A program made the position numbers and the translations under genes. Source: Thalia democratica (taxonomy: Eukaryota). From it: DNA of 64,000 nt. Below are positions 1 to 12,200 of this stretch, piece after piece. The DNA lies in the NCBI GenBank assembly GCA_965202585.1, contig OZ241832.1:53444001-53508000 (forward strand), written 5' to 3'. Within the stretch, counting starts at the first letter, position 1, and each line of letters begins with the position of its first letter. Under the pieces are notes generated by a model. The model was not told the DNA's origin. It was given only the letters and a program-made list of their open reading frames with translations, and did no database searches.

Positions 1-1623
1 AGCAAGATAAAATTTGTGTTTTGATATAAAATCCAGCACTATTTTTCCAATGCATTACAACTGATTTTTCAGGAAAACAGTTTCCCTTAAATTTGCCAAA
101 TACTTTATACAGGTTTAGTAATAAAAAAGCTCATTGTACGGTACTTTTTAGATTTTTTTATCGATAAAAAGTTTTAATTGCTATATGTAATAATTTAACT
201 AACATCTATGCTAATTTTAAACTGCCTGAACAGAATTTTACTAATACTTTTACTAAATCTATTAAACGATGGTTCACTAAAAATTTTACTAAATAAATAT
301 TGTACTACTTTGCAAGCTATAATCTCAGCATGTTTTAGACAAACCAACAGTCCGCTTCAAATCCCATATCAATATTTTTAAACGAGATTAAATCTATTCT
401 TAGCAATTTTAATAAAATCGCTGCTATTTAAAAACCAATTTACTAAATGTTTCTTTTTTTTAACCAAATTTTCTACATTTTGTTGAAAGAATAAAATATA
501 TTACCGTCCTTTCTAAATAAACAAGTATAAAATTACTATAAAAGTTTCAAATGTTAAATTAAACTGTTTGTAGTATTCTAAAAAAAGTATTTCTAACAAA
601 AGTCGTTGTAAAGTCAAAAAATCTTATTTAGTATGAGTAGTATTCAAAATGGTTACTAGTTTTTAACTTAACATGAGTTTTACACGTTTGGTATTTCAAC
701 AAGTTTAATTTAAGTAACTAATTTGAAATATTTTTTTTGTTTTATAATAATATATAAACCTTACTCTTGTAAATAATTTAAATTATTTGTCACTTCGTTT
801 TTAAAGTTCTACAAATGCCAGGATTAGAAGTTTAGTATTTATTAGTACGAACAGAACTTGCACAACTTATTTTTGATTCCGTTAATTGTACCTTAATTCT
901 TTTTTTATTTAGTAAAGCCAAATGAACTATAAATATTGAGCTAAAAACTAACTCAGTCAACTACACGCTTCAAAGCTACTACTAGAGCATACTAATCTAA
1001 TACTTTTATCTTTTAAATAGCATTTTTTATGTTTTTATCTTTAAAAACAAAATAATTTTTAATATTCAAAGTAGAGTTGATTTAGATATTTTAACTTTGT
1101 TATATTTTGTTTACTAATCACAATATCTTTGTATGAAGTACTAAATTTCATTGTATATCTATTCTCTCTGATTTTGCAGTTAAAAGTTTTGTACAAAAAT
1201 TTTATTAAAAAAATACACACTATTTAAAAAAGTAAGACTAAACATGTTATAAACCACTATAAAAATTTTACAAAACAAAATCTTACATCAATAAAACTTT
1301 CGTTATTTTAAAAATCTGTTAATCATACTTAAAATGATTTTTTAAAAGTTATTAACTCATTGTTAGTTTATTTGTTTCATTACTTTTAATTAGTTCATTC
1401 TTGCTCTTTTTGTAATTGTTGTAGCCAACTAACTTGAGATGATAAAAAAGCATTTGTATATTACCAATAAGTTGTTGAGCTTACTTAAAAAATATTTCTT
1501 TATCAAATTGATAAAGTTATAAGATCTAAAAAACATATAAATAAAGCAACAACAAACTTTCAAAACAACTCTAGATAGGAAAATTAACTACTTTTGGATA
1601 AATACTCTGCAGTCTTTATATTT

Positions 1624-2886
1624 TTAATTTCTAGTTACAAAATTGCATTGTGATTCACATGCCAGCTTCACCAGCAAGTTCACTTCCTCCTCCTTCAAAC
1701 CTCCGAGCGTCACCCTCAACGAAAACTCGTATACTCCGCGCTGCAAGGTGAACTTTTGAAAGTATTCGGTTCGCGGGTGGCCCTGCAGCTTTACCAGGTA
1801 CTTGTTGGCGTTCAACTCGTTCGGCATCAAGTAATCGAGCCTAACTCTTCTTCCGCTTGAAGTGAATCGCATTTCCAACCCCTCGAACTTGTCAGTGTAG
1901 GAAAAGACGTTCAACATGAACGTTGAAGCTTTATTTACCATTATACTGCAAGTTCTTACGGTTACAGAACCATCTCTGTCAAAACACGAAGGTTTCAGTT
2001 GTCGGTCGGATTTAAACACCGACTTGTACACTTCTTCTGAATGCAGGCAGGTCATTTGCACTTGCCTCTTGTCAAGTTCGTCAATCGAAACCCAAAGTTC
2101 TCCCTTGCGCGGGTCAGCGGTCTCGGTTAAACTTTCAGGTAAATTTTCATCTGAAACGCACCAGTTAGGGTTGCATCTTGTATCGTAGAGCTTCAGAGCG
2201 TTGTGCTCGTCAGAGTAACCAGTCACCGTGTACGCGTGCCCGTAACCACCAGCGTTCAAACTGTTGAAGAACGGCGTCACTCCCAGCACTATTGAGCTTT
2301 TGTTTTCAACTTCCAGCTCTAGGTTTTCTTTGAGATCAAATTTCGGTTCCTGCCTCTCCCAAATGCGATAGCCGACCATGGAGTCGCTGAAACAGGAAAA
2401 CACGAAAACGGGCCGCGTCGCTATCGAGTACTGGTAGGATTTATAACAAGCTTGCTTCACAAAAGCTTTTTCTAAAAACGAGGACAACATCAGGCTGTCT
2501 TTTTCCAAAGAGTGCGCGTATATCAGGTAATTTTTTTCAGAAAAGTGAAGCGCGTCATCCACCGTGATCGTGTTGGGTTTTCCTTCCTTAAACATTTTGA
2601 AGTGAAGTTTCATGCGGTTTCTTGTGCAGGTGAATTCTGGAGCAATTTTTGTTTTGAACTCTGGCCTGTTGATCAGAGAGGCTAATGAGGATATCAGTCC
2701 ACAGTTTCCTATTTCTCCTTGTTTGAAGTTAGTGTATTCTATTTTCTTCTTTTCTTGAAGTTTTATGAATGTTGTCGTATTAAAAATCTTAAAATTAGTT
2801 TTTTTGTGCATCTCTAAGATTTGGAAAGTCTCAGTTGCTTGTGAATTATCCATCTTAATGTGTACAACGCTTAAAAATAAAGTCAT
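1624..2886 (-). CDS. Intronless calpain-like cysteine protease (CysPc catalytic domain plus domain-III-like C-terminus); first true ATG probably at 2853 (MDNSQ...)
   Basis: 420-codon ORF with calpain-like motifs in the right order: QGEIGNC (cf. QGxLGDC), SSFLEKAFVK (cf. ALLEKAYAK), GHAYTV (catalytic His), GELWVSIDEL (cf. GEFWMSFEDF), FQKFTLQRGVY (cf. domain III RFxLPPGxY). Confidence 0.8.
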   Translation of the reverse strand: MTLFLSVVHIKMDNSQATETFQILEMHKKTNFKIFNTTTFIKLQEKKKIEYTNFKQGEIGNCGLISSLASLINRPEFKTKIAPEFTCTRNRMKLHFKMFKEGKPNTITVDDALHFSEKNYLIYAHSLEKDSLMLSSFLEKAFVKQACYKSYQYSIATRPVFVFSCFSDSMVGYRIWERQEPKFDLKENLELEVENKSSIVLGVTPFFNSLNAGGYGHAYTVTGYSDEHNALKLYDTRCNPNWCVSDENLPESLTETADPRKGELWVSIDELDKRQVQMTCLHSEEVYKSVFKSDRQLKPSCFDRDGSVTVRTCSIMVNKASTFMLNVFSYTDKFEGLEMRFTSSGRRVRLDYLMPNELNANKYLVKLQGHPRTEYFQKFTLQRGVYEFSLRVTLGGLKEEEVNLLVKLACESQCNFVTRN

Positions 2887-3025
2887 TTTAAATTATATTA
2901 TTAAGTGTTAACAGATTTTAGAAAGCTTTTTAATAAAGTGTATTTTAAAGCGTAATTAGCTTATAAACTGTTTAATGATAAAAAAAAGTTAATAAAAAAA
3001 CTTAAATGTTGTTGTAACTGTATAC

Positions 3026-3357
3026 CAAGGTTTCCCAAATGTGGGTCAAATGACCACCTTGGGGGCCATAATTCTAAAAAGATCATAAAGTAAGCATGAC
3101 TAGTTTAGGGTCCAAAAGGGAGCAAAATATTGAAATTTATGGATATTCTTGAGTTGATAACGAAAAGCAAAAAAAAAGTTTCATTCATAATTAAGGGTAG
3201 AGTAAAAACTTCCACTAGATAATTTGGAGTTGATGATGAAGAGCAAAAGGAAAAACAAAGGTCTTAGGCGTATTTAAAGGTTATTTTTTGAGAAAACTTA
3301 TTAAAGGGATCATTGTTTTTTAATTACGTAAAAGTGAGCCTTGTTTGGAAAAACCAG
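3026..3357 (+). mobile_element. Non-autonomous hAT (Buster/Charlie-type) MITE
   Basis: Left end CAAGGTTTCCCAAA, right end TTTGGAAAAACCAG, both degenerate versions of the TIR of the 4745-10145 element. Flanks CTGTATAC / CTCTATAT are a 6/8-matching 8-bp TSD with central TA. Confidence 0.65.
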
Positions 3358-3409
3358 CTCTATATTTACGGGTAGCAGTCAAATTTGCACCAGCGTACAA
3401 AACTGTAAG

Positions 3410-4010
3410 AGTTAATCGGGACAAAATTGCACGAAGACACTTTTGCACGAGCAGAAAATTTTGCACGGAGACACTTTTGCACGGGTTGAAATTTTTTTAA
3501 TTTTTATTTGAATATAACAAACTCAAGTGCAAGAGTTTATTTTGTTAGCTACAGCTGTTTCGAAGGACAATACTATCGTTCTTTTCAGGAGTCAACAAAA
3601 TAGTGGCAAGCACTTTTTAAGCAAATAATGTAAGTAATAAATGAGTTTTATAATTTAAACATTTTTTTTACTTTCACTGCTACCCCTAACCCTTACCCTC
3701 GGTCTGTAGCTTTTTGTTTGCTATTTAACTATCTTTCTTTTTTTTTCTTATTACTTATGTTTTTTATACTATCACTGTTACCTAACCCTTACCCTCGGTT
3801 GTTAACTTGTTTTTTCTTTTTGTTATTTTATTGATTTATCTTTCTTTTTTTTTGTCTATTTATTTACTCTCGTAGAAAAATGAACCTTTGTGAAAAATTG
3901 ACTCGTGTAAATTTTTCTATGTGCAATTTTGTCTTCTTGCAATTTAGTCGCCTCGTGCAATTTAGTTACCTTTAGCAATTTTTTCTTTGTGCAATTTTGG
4001 CCCGTTCCAA
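3410..4010. mobile_element. TIR element with 16-18-bp subterminal repeats, superfamily unassigned
   Basis: Left CGGGACAAAATTGCAC followed by TTTTGCACG repeats; right end has GTGCAATTT repeats ending GTGCAATTTTGGCCCG (inverted). Two internal copies of CACTGYTACC..TAACCCTTACCCTCGGT. Confidence 0.55.
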
Positions 4011-4044
4011 AATTAAACGTATATAGTTTAAATTTATTTAATTT

Positions 4045-4310
4045 TTTCAATTTTTGGACACTACAGGCGCTAAAGAGTGTTAATATTTCAAAATTATCTG
4101 TTAGGAGGGCAAAATCAAGTATAAAAACACTATAAGCTAAAAAAAAAGGGATTTTTTAATCTAAAGAGTTGAAACAAATATTTTTTTATATTTTAAAAAA
4201 TTGTATACATTTCTGCAGATTTTCTAAAAACGTACTAAACTACGTGTCTGCTGAAGACTAACATATAATAATTAACTGTAATATAGTTAAGTACTGTTAT
4301 AGTTTTGAAA
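4045..4310 (+). repeat. Dispersed ~270-bp repeat, second copy at 24380-24657
   Basis: Colinear shared blocks GACACTACARGCGCTAAA, TGTATACRTTTCTGCAGA, AACTACGTG and ATATAGTTAAGTWCTGTTATAGTTTT in both copies. Confidence 0.75.
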
Positions 4311-6873
4311 AAATACCTTTTCCATATATACATATATAATATACTTTAAAGTATAAAGGCTACTTAAAAATAAAAAAATATATACAAAGAAAAGATGTAA
4401 GAAAACATGATCTCACCTAATGTTTTTAAGTTTTTTAAAAATAGCTGACCCTGTTAGAATTATAAATATTAAAATAAATATACAGTAAAATCAAAATTAC
4501 CGACTAAAATATTGATATTTTTTAGATAACAGCATAATGTAACTAGTTTTAGCATCTACATTTGTATATATATCCATAAAAATTTACATAAATTTAAACT
4601 TACAGAGTAATAAATTTTTGTAATTTTTTGATGTAAAACTAGAGTAAAAAATACTAGAAATGTAAAGAAAATGCTTCTAGCAAGAACATTAAAGCCATAA
4701 AATTTATAAGGAGTTTATGTATTTATCATATGTTTAGTTTAGATCAGGGTTTCCCAAAGTGGGCCAAGTGGCCCCCTTGGGGGCCATTTGAGCAAGTCAG
4801 GGGGCCATAAGCCGTAAAGGGGCCAAAGGGGGGGCCATGACTAGAAAAGGGGCCATAAGGGAGCCTTTTCAATTTTTTGCCGTCTTTGAAAATTACGTAA
4901 ATTTTTGCAACAGCAATTTTAGAATTTTAGTTTTTGGCCCTGAGTTTAGATTTAAAATCCACTTTGTGTAAGTTTATTCTAGAAATAGCTTTAGTGCTTA
5001 GGTCAGATAACTCAATGTAAAGTTCAATCTTTTGCCAATTTTATTTACAGTATATGTTTACTTTACAGTTTCAACCAATTAAATTATGAAATTTACAGTC
5101 TAAAGATGTTGCTTAAAACAAAGTTAAACATCAGCTGCTCAGTTTTTAAGTAATTTAAAACAGTTCAGTTTTATAAGGTAATGTGAATTATTAGATTATT
5201 AGCTTATCTTATATAGAGAGATAGTTATTTGTGTATCAAAACTGCAACTCCTACTTGATTCAACATGCCAACCAGGCAATCTCATCAAATGTATTTCAAG
5301 TATGTTTTCATATATTTATACTCATGTTTTAGCAAACAATATTTTATTAAAACTAGTTGTATTTAAAGTTATTTTTAATTTACAATATGATGAATCAGCA
5401 AAAAAAAAAGTTGTTTTTCATGTTATTTTTTATTTTATTTATTAAAGCTTTATTCTTTGATTAATTTCTAATATGTATGGGTTAAGTGGGATAGGGATAA
5501 GGGTAAAAAAACAATAAAGCTTTAAAAAAGTGTATCGATTCTGTAAATATGCATATCAGACTGACCTTTAAGTATACTATTCATTAAATTTTAAATTGTA
5601 AGTTCTTAGAATTTTTAATAACTAACATAAAACATAACTTTTCAAAATTCAATAATGTAAACAACTTTTTTTTTAAATGTAGATTCTTACTTAAATTAAT
5701 ATAGATTTTTTTTTTATGGTTGACCCTATAAGTTATAAAATTGTAACTTTCTAGCATACTGCTAGTAAAACTATTATATTTTTATAAATAAATGTTGTTT
5801 ACGTTGGTTTAACTTTTATTTTAGGCCAAGCCACATTTAAAAATTAATTTTTAGTTACCTTAAAAATTAAGTAGTATGGTACCATTCTTAACTACCACTC
5901 TTATTAAATATTTCCAATAAACTCTGACTAACTCTTTTTTTGGTTAGTATGAACCATTTATTATTCTTACACATGTTGCCTTGAGCTTATTTTTTGTACA
6001 ATTTAAACTTAAGATAATTAAGACTTAAAAAAAAAGTCAAAAGTTGTTTACAAAATTAATGGTGTGAAGTTCATTACCAAAATGTTTTTCTCCACACTAA
6101 TCCATTGACCTTAGTTGTAAGTGTTTACATTTTTCTTTCTTACTAATCTTCATCTATTTTTTAAATCTTTACAATAAACTTTGTATATACTTGTTAGTAA
6201 TGTTAAAAGTGCTAATAACCTATTTTATCTATTACCAGTTATAAATGAGATTTTTTTCAAATTATTTAAAGTATATTTGAAATAATATAATAAAAAAAAC
6301 TTAATAATATTTGAAAAGGTTTAAATTTTTTATCACTGAAACCTTGTAAAAAATATAAGAGTTTATTTTCACCTTTTTTTATTTAATTAATCTCTTTACT
6401 TTACAGTAAATTTGAGCAATATTTTAAAGTTTAGTCAAATAAGTATATACATTTTTTTTAAACAAGTCATATGGTGAAATTGAATGTTTTTTAATTACTT
6501 CTCAGTTTACTTACATTACACTTAACATTTTACATACAGGGTTGCTAAATACTTGGTACACTCAGAATAAATCAGGATATTTTGAAACTTTTGAAAATCT
6601 AAGAATGACTCAGGACAGCTTAGGATAACTCAGGGTTTTTTCTAACTCAGACTGACTTAGGATAAGTTTAAATAGAATAATAGACTGAACTATTATTTTG
6701 AATTATTGAAAAAGATTTAAGATGCCATTCTCAAATTATAATATTTTTTGGAAAAGTAAAGTTGCTCTTGTAAACTTATAAATTACCCATGGATTGCTCT
6801 TTTTATTCTTCATACAAAATTGTTTAAAACTTTTCAAGATATGGCTAAAATAAATTTTAAATTATAGTATTTT

Positions 6874-8451
6874 TTGAAAATAGTTAAAAAAAAAGAACCA
6901 GACCCAAATAACAAGTATGTTCAAAAGAAGTGTACACAAAACATTGATGACGGTGTATTATTTTTATATTACCTGTCTTTAATAATTGCAAAACAAGGGT
7001 TACCTCACACCATTGGGGAAAAAGCATTTATTCCAGCCATAAGAACAGTACTTGAAAAAGTTCTACATATCAAAAACATCAGCAATGTTCTACGCATAAT
7101 CCCATTGAGTAACAACACAGTTAAACGACGCATTGATGAAATGGGAGAATGTGTAGAAAAAAAACTAATTACATTGATGTGTACCAACTTATTTTCCATA
7201 CAAGTTGACGAGTCTACCTACTTTGTCTGGAAATAAGTGTCTACTTCTTTTATGTGTACGAATGGTAGTTGGTGACAAAACCTATGAAGAATTAGCTATA
7301 TCTCAGCTAATGGAAACCCACAGCACAGGCCAACTTGTTTTTAATAAGATCAAAAACTATTTTGAATCTAATAAAATACCTTTAGAAAACATCATAGGTA
7401 TTGCAACAGATGGTGCTCCCTCCTGGTTGGTAGGCATGTTGGATTAATCACGTTTTTTAAAAAGGTTAATCCTAATTAATTTACAATTCATTGTGTATTC
7501 CATAGGCAACATTTAGTTGCTAAAAAATTAAGTAATCATCTACACACCTCATTGAATTTAGTTATTAAAGCTGTGAACAAAATTAAAAGACATGGTTTGC
7601 AAACTCGTTTGTTTAAAGAGCTTTGCAATGTCAATGAGGAGGAGTTTTACAACTTAATCATACACACTGAAGTCCGATGGTTATCAAAAGGAAACTGCTT
7701 GGAAAGGTTCTTAGCAGTTTTTGATACAGTAATTGAATTTTTTTCTACAAAAAACAGTGAGTTATCAATTAAACTGCAAGAAAGAAAAATTGACATAGCA
7801 TACTTGTCTGACCTCTAAGGAAAATTTAATGTTCTGAACAAACTCCTACAAGGAAAAAATTTAAATATCATAAAAGTCAAGGCTAGTCTAACCAGCTTTA
7901 CAAACAAACTGGAACTGTTTGAAAGAAACTTTAAAAAAGATCAATTCTGCCAGTTTTCAAGCTTAGAAAACTTAAAACATCAGCTAAGTAAAGATGAGGT
8001 AGAAATTTATACATCCCACTTAAAAGAGCTAAAACTTGATATAGTTCACAGATTTAAAGATATATTTCAATTAAATGTTCCAAATTGGATAGTAAGCCCC
8101 TTTGAAGCAAGTCTTGATGAAGTAAAAGTTGAATTACAAGAAAAGTTCATCGAACTAGTTGCTGGTCCTGAGCTTAAAGTAAAGTTTTTGCGATTTGGGT
8201 ATGAAAGTTTTTGGTTGCAAGAAAAAGTTAGACAAGAATATCCAGATATTTGGGAGGAAATAAGTCTTTTATTCATTGCATTTCCTTCTAGCTATGTAGT
8301 TGAAAAAGCTTTTAGCTCAGTTATAAATGTCTTAAATAAAAGATCAAACTTAGACATATCCAAAGGAGGAGACTTGAGGTTGTATCTAACTGAATTAAAA
8401 CCTAACATAGAGAAGTTAGCCAGTAGTCATCAAGCTCATCCTTCACATTGA
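6874..8451 (+). pseudogene. Disrupted Buster/Charlie hAT transposase (ZBED5/FAM200/SCAND3-like family)
   Basis: Motifs IIAKQGLPHTIGE, FSIQVDES (D), ATDGAP (D), HCVFHRQHL, TEVRWLSKGNCLERF, FPSSYVVEKAFS (E) and terminal QAHPSH*. At least two frameshifts (~7220, ~7420) and two in-frame stops (~7477, 7816); no BED finger found upstream. Confidence 0.92.
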
Positions 8452-9052
8452 ATGGTAGGAGCAGACCAAACTTACTGTAAGTTTTTTTTAATACAAGAAT
8501 TAGTAAATGTTTTTATTCGAAGTAAATTGTTTCTAGTGTGCATTTATAAAAAAGTTTTACATATAATTTTGCAGTTTGATATTGTTATATTTATAGTATT
8601 TAAAATAAGCTTTTCCAATATACCTATGAACAAAAAGAATTAACTATATGAGTTCCTTTTTTTTTATTAGCTTAAAATATTTCAATCTGGTTTAAAAAAG
8701 TTACAGCATAGTTGTCTAAAAATTATAAAAATGTTATTATATACAGAGAGATTTGTCATTATATATATAACATTGATTAAAGTATTCTAATCAAGCAAAC
8801 ATTTTTTTGATTTTATAACACATTACTTAGTTTACTGGTTGAAATGTCAAGAGTTTTTTTTTTTTGATTATTTATTTTCAAGTACAAATTAAATCAGATT
8901 TTAATTGTTTTTTGACTTATTCTAAAAATAATTTTTATATTGATCTTATATAATTATAGTACTATGCATATATAAGACCACATAGAATGTTTACTTATGA
9001 ATTCAAATAGAATTGTTTTTTTACAGTTTTAGTTCAGCTTTTATTTAACTAG

Positions 9053-9292
9053 TATGGTTGCCACACAATCAGACCACCTCAAATGTTTTGAAATTAAAAA
9101 ATTAACTCCAGCTGGTTTGAACTTAATAGTTTTATTTTAAATTTTCTTATTTGTCACATTTTTTCTTATTTTTATACTTTTAAGCATTTCTTTTTCAAAT
9201 TTTGGCCGTTAGTTTTTTTTTTCAAATAATGACCAGGTCAGTTTTTAATCAGTCGTGATGATTTTACTTTATTTTCAAGAGTGGCAACCCTC
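9053..9292 (+). mobile_element. Degenerate CAGGGTTGCCAC-family MITE nested in the hAT; a related left end lies at 6537
   Basis: TATGGTTGCCAC ... GTGGCAACCCTC inverted ends resembling those of 30112-30525. No TSD recoverable. Confidence 0.45.
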
Positions 9293-12200
9293 ACTTAATT
9301 AAGACCAGTTTTTTTCTTGTTAAGTTATCTTAATTAGGTATTTAAAATAGCTAGATTTATAAACTAAGTACAAATTCAACAGTCTTTAGCAAGCGAACTA
9401 GCCACATCAACTAGTCTACAGCAACGTAACTAGACAATCCAGCAATCAACACCCTAACAAGCAGTTTGCCTATCCAGAGAAAAGTGTCATCTAATTTTAT
9501 AACTCAATTATGTTTTATGTTTGTTAAATAAACTAATAATTTTATTGTCCTGGACAAGACGTTAAACTGTATCCAAGTAGTGTACAACGCGATTACCGAA
9601 AGGTTTTTTCAAATACTAGTACATTGGACTAAGTATTTTTGAGTTCTTTTTTTTTCATTCCACAGAATAGTAATTTCTTTGCAATTTTTATGTTACAACC
9701 ATTAAAAATATCAAAATGTTTTTGATTAACATTTCATTTTCTAAATTTGATATATAAGGTACGAACTAAATTATTTAATTTGTTGCAACTAACATTTACA
9801 AAGACATTTCAAATTAATAAATTGTATTTATTCCAAGTTTTTATTGTGATAGAGTAGCTTTCATTTAAACAACATTTTTGTTACTATGAAAATTATTTAT
9901 TACAACCAGATGTAATGTCAGCGTTAGAAGCGAATTAAGAATTTGAATGAGTCACCTTAAAAATTCAAAAATAGAGTCTTTTAGTAACAGTGGTATTACG
10001 CTGAACTTATTAGAATGCACCTATTCGTTTTTAAACGAATAAAAAGAGTGAACAATATAATTTTGTGAAGCCATATTGTAGGGGGGCCATGGCCTTTTAA
10101 ATTTACTCGAAGGGGGCCATTAGAAAAAAAGTTTGGGAAACCCTGGTTTAGATTAATCTTCTACCTTTGTATTCTTAATTTCATAAAAAATCTCAAAACA
10201 TAATGTTAAAGCTTGCAAAAATAAAATGTTTTAATTAGTTTTTTTTTTTGAATTAATTTGATAACATTTTTCAAGTACTTTAGTTTAACAAATCATCTCA
10301 GTGTAAAACTACAATATCAATTTACAAGTTAGGTAAATGTTTCATAGTCTTTTTTGCAGTATATTGTAATTTATGTAGTAACTGATTTAAAAAGCATCTA
10401 GGTTTGTCTAATTAAAAGCAGTTATAGTTAATAAGGAAAGATTTAAAATTAAATTACTTTGAAGATTAAAGATAGTTAAGGCTACTAATAAATTATTTAT
10501 ACAATTTTATTAGTTTTATACTAAATCAAACTTATAGTTCATTTATAATGAAATTAGTTAATTTGTAATAAAACTTTAACTTATTGCTTAAAATTTTATA
10601 TAATAGTTCTTGTAAACTAAAAGTTTTAGTTCTAATTTTTTTTATAGTTTTATAACTTGATTAACTTCATTTGTTGAAAATCTCTTGGTAAAAAAAAGTA
10701 TTTATGTTGGCAAACTATAAAGTGCTTCGAGTATTTATGTAGTTATTTTTTTTTGCATGTTAGAAAACTTTTGGAAATACTACAGCATTTGAATCATTTA
10801 CATTTTGAAGCAAAAATGTACTAGAAGTTATTAGTTTAAAAAATATTGTAAGATAACAGTTTATTTTATATAATAAAAATTTAAACTAGCATTAAATATT
10901 CACACCATTTTTGACTAGTTAAAAAAAAAATATTTTAGATTTATGTATGATAAATGTTCATTACATTATTTAACTAGCATCTTGAAGTCCTTTATATACA
11001 AAAACTATTAAAAATTTCAGAACGTATTTTTAAAAATAAAAAAACAATGTTCTTTATAAGACTCAACTTCTAATAAAAAAATTAATTATTTCATAACATC
11101 TTTGAATTTTATACTACTCAATAAAAGATCTGTTTAAAACTAATAAACTAAATATAATTTTAGTTGTAGATACTACATAAAAACTCAGTGTAAATATATC
11201 TCTAAATCTATAAGTTCATTTGAAGTCATTACTTATTATTTAAACTTGAAAATGTTAACTTTTATAATAAATGACTATGCTTTTAAATTTTACATGTTAT
11301 ATAAAAGTTGTTATAGTGTTCAACATTCAAAACATTAAGATTTTTTGAAAATAATCGACTCAAAAATATAAGCAGGATAAAAAATATTAAATCTCATAAG
11401 TTTAAAGATTTGGTAAAAAAATAAAATAAAAATAGTTTTTCTTTATGTAGATTATAAAATATTTACAAAACAAGAAAATATTTAAACATTAATCAACAGT
11501 ACTAGTTTTGAATGAAATTTTAAATTAGTTTTAAACATGTCAAATGGTTTAATGCTGTTTAGTATAAGTAAAGATGACCCTGAATGAAGCTACACAATTT
11601 TTTACACAGAAAGTATGCACATACAATAAAAATTTAATTTCTTATTTCTATAAGGTAGTAAATAGTTTATTATTCTAAAGTAGTTACAATAGATTTTCAC
11701 AGGTCAAAGTTGTCATCATACTTAATTAATAATCTACAGTTAAAAGCACAAAACAAATAACTTTTACTAAACTAAACTGAAACACTCATAAATGATTGTA
11801 TTACTTTTGTGAATCATAGTTCTAATATTAAGTTTATAACAAGCTTAAATCAGTTATATTTAGCTTTTAATAATAAATACTATACATACTGTTTCACTTT
11901 AGCAAAAAAAAAATTTTAACAAAACTTATGTTAAAAAAACTTTTATTTTAAAAATTTATAGAAGGTAATAAAGTTTTATAGCCCAAATAAATTAAAAAGA
12001 ATAATATAAACTATTTAAGTTAAATTACAAAAAAAACAGCACTATTATGTTTTACAATCTGTTTAAAAATACATCTCACGTAAAATATAAGGGTACAATT
12101 ATAAAGCGGCTTTATTAAAGCCATTCAAATTATAAATAAAATTTCAAGTTTTGTGTTTAAGAGTCTATATTAAAATTTTAAAAGAAAATAACTTAAATTT

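Larger units (their letters stand above)
4745..10145 (+). mobile_element. Full-length hAT DNA transposon, Buster/Charlie family (5401 bp)
   Basis: Perfect 14-bp TIRs CAGGGTTTCCCAAA (4745) and TTTGGGAAACCCTG (ends 10145). Perfect 8-bp TSD GTTTAGAT at 4737-4744 and 10146-10153 (nnnTAnnn, typical of Buster). GGGGCCAT subterminal repeats at both ends; internal transposase. Confidence 0.95.

Noticed and set aside
3680-3800. CCCTAACCCTTACCCT telomere-like motifs (also GGG-rich at ~5480-5505)
   Set aside because: Only 2-3 imperfect units inside repeat elements; not an interstitial telomere array.
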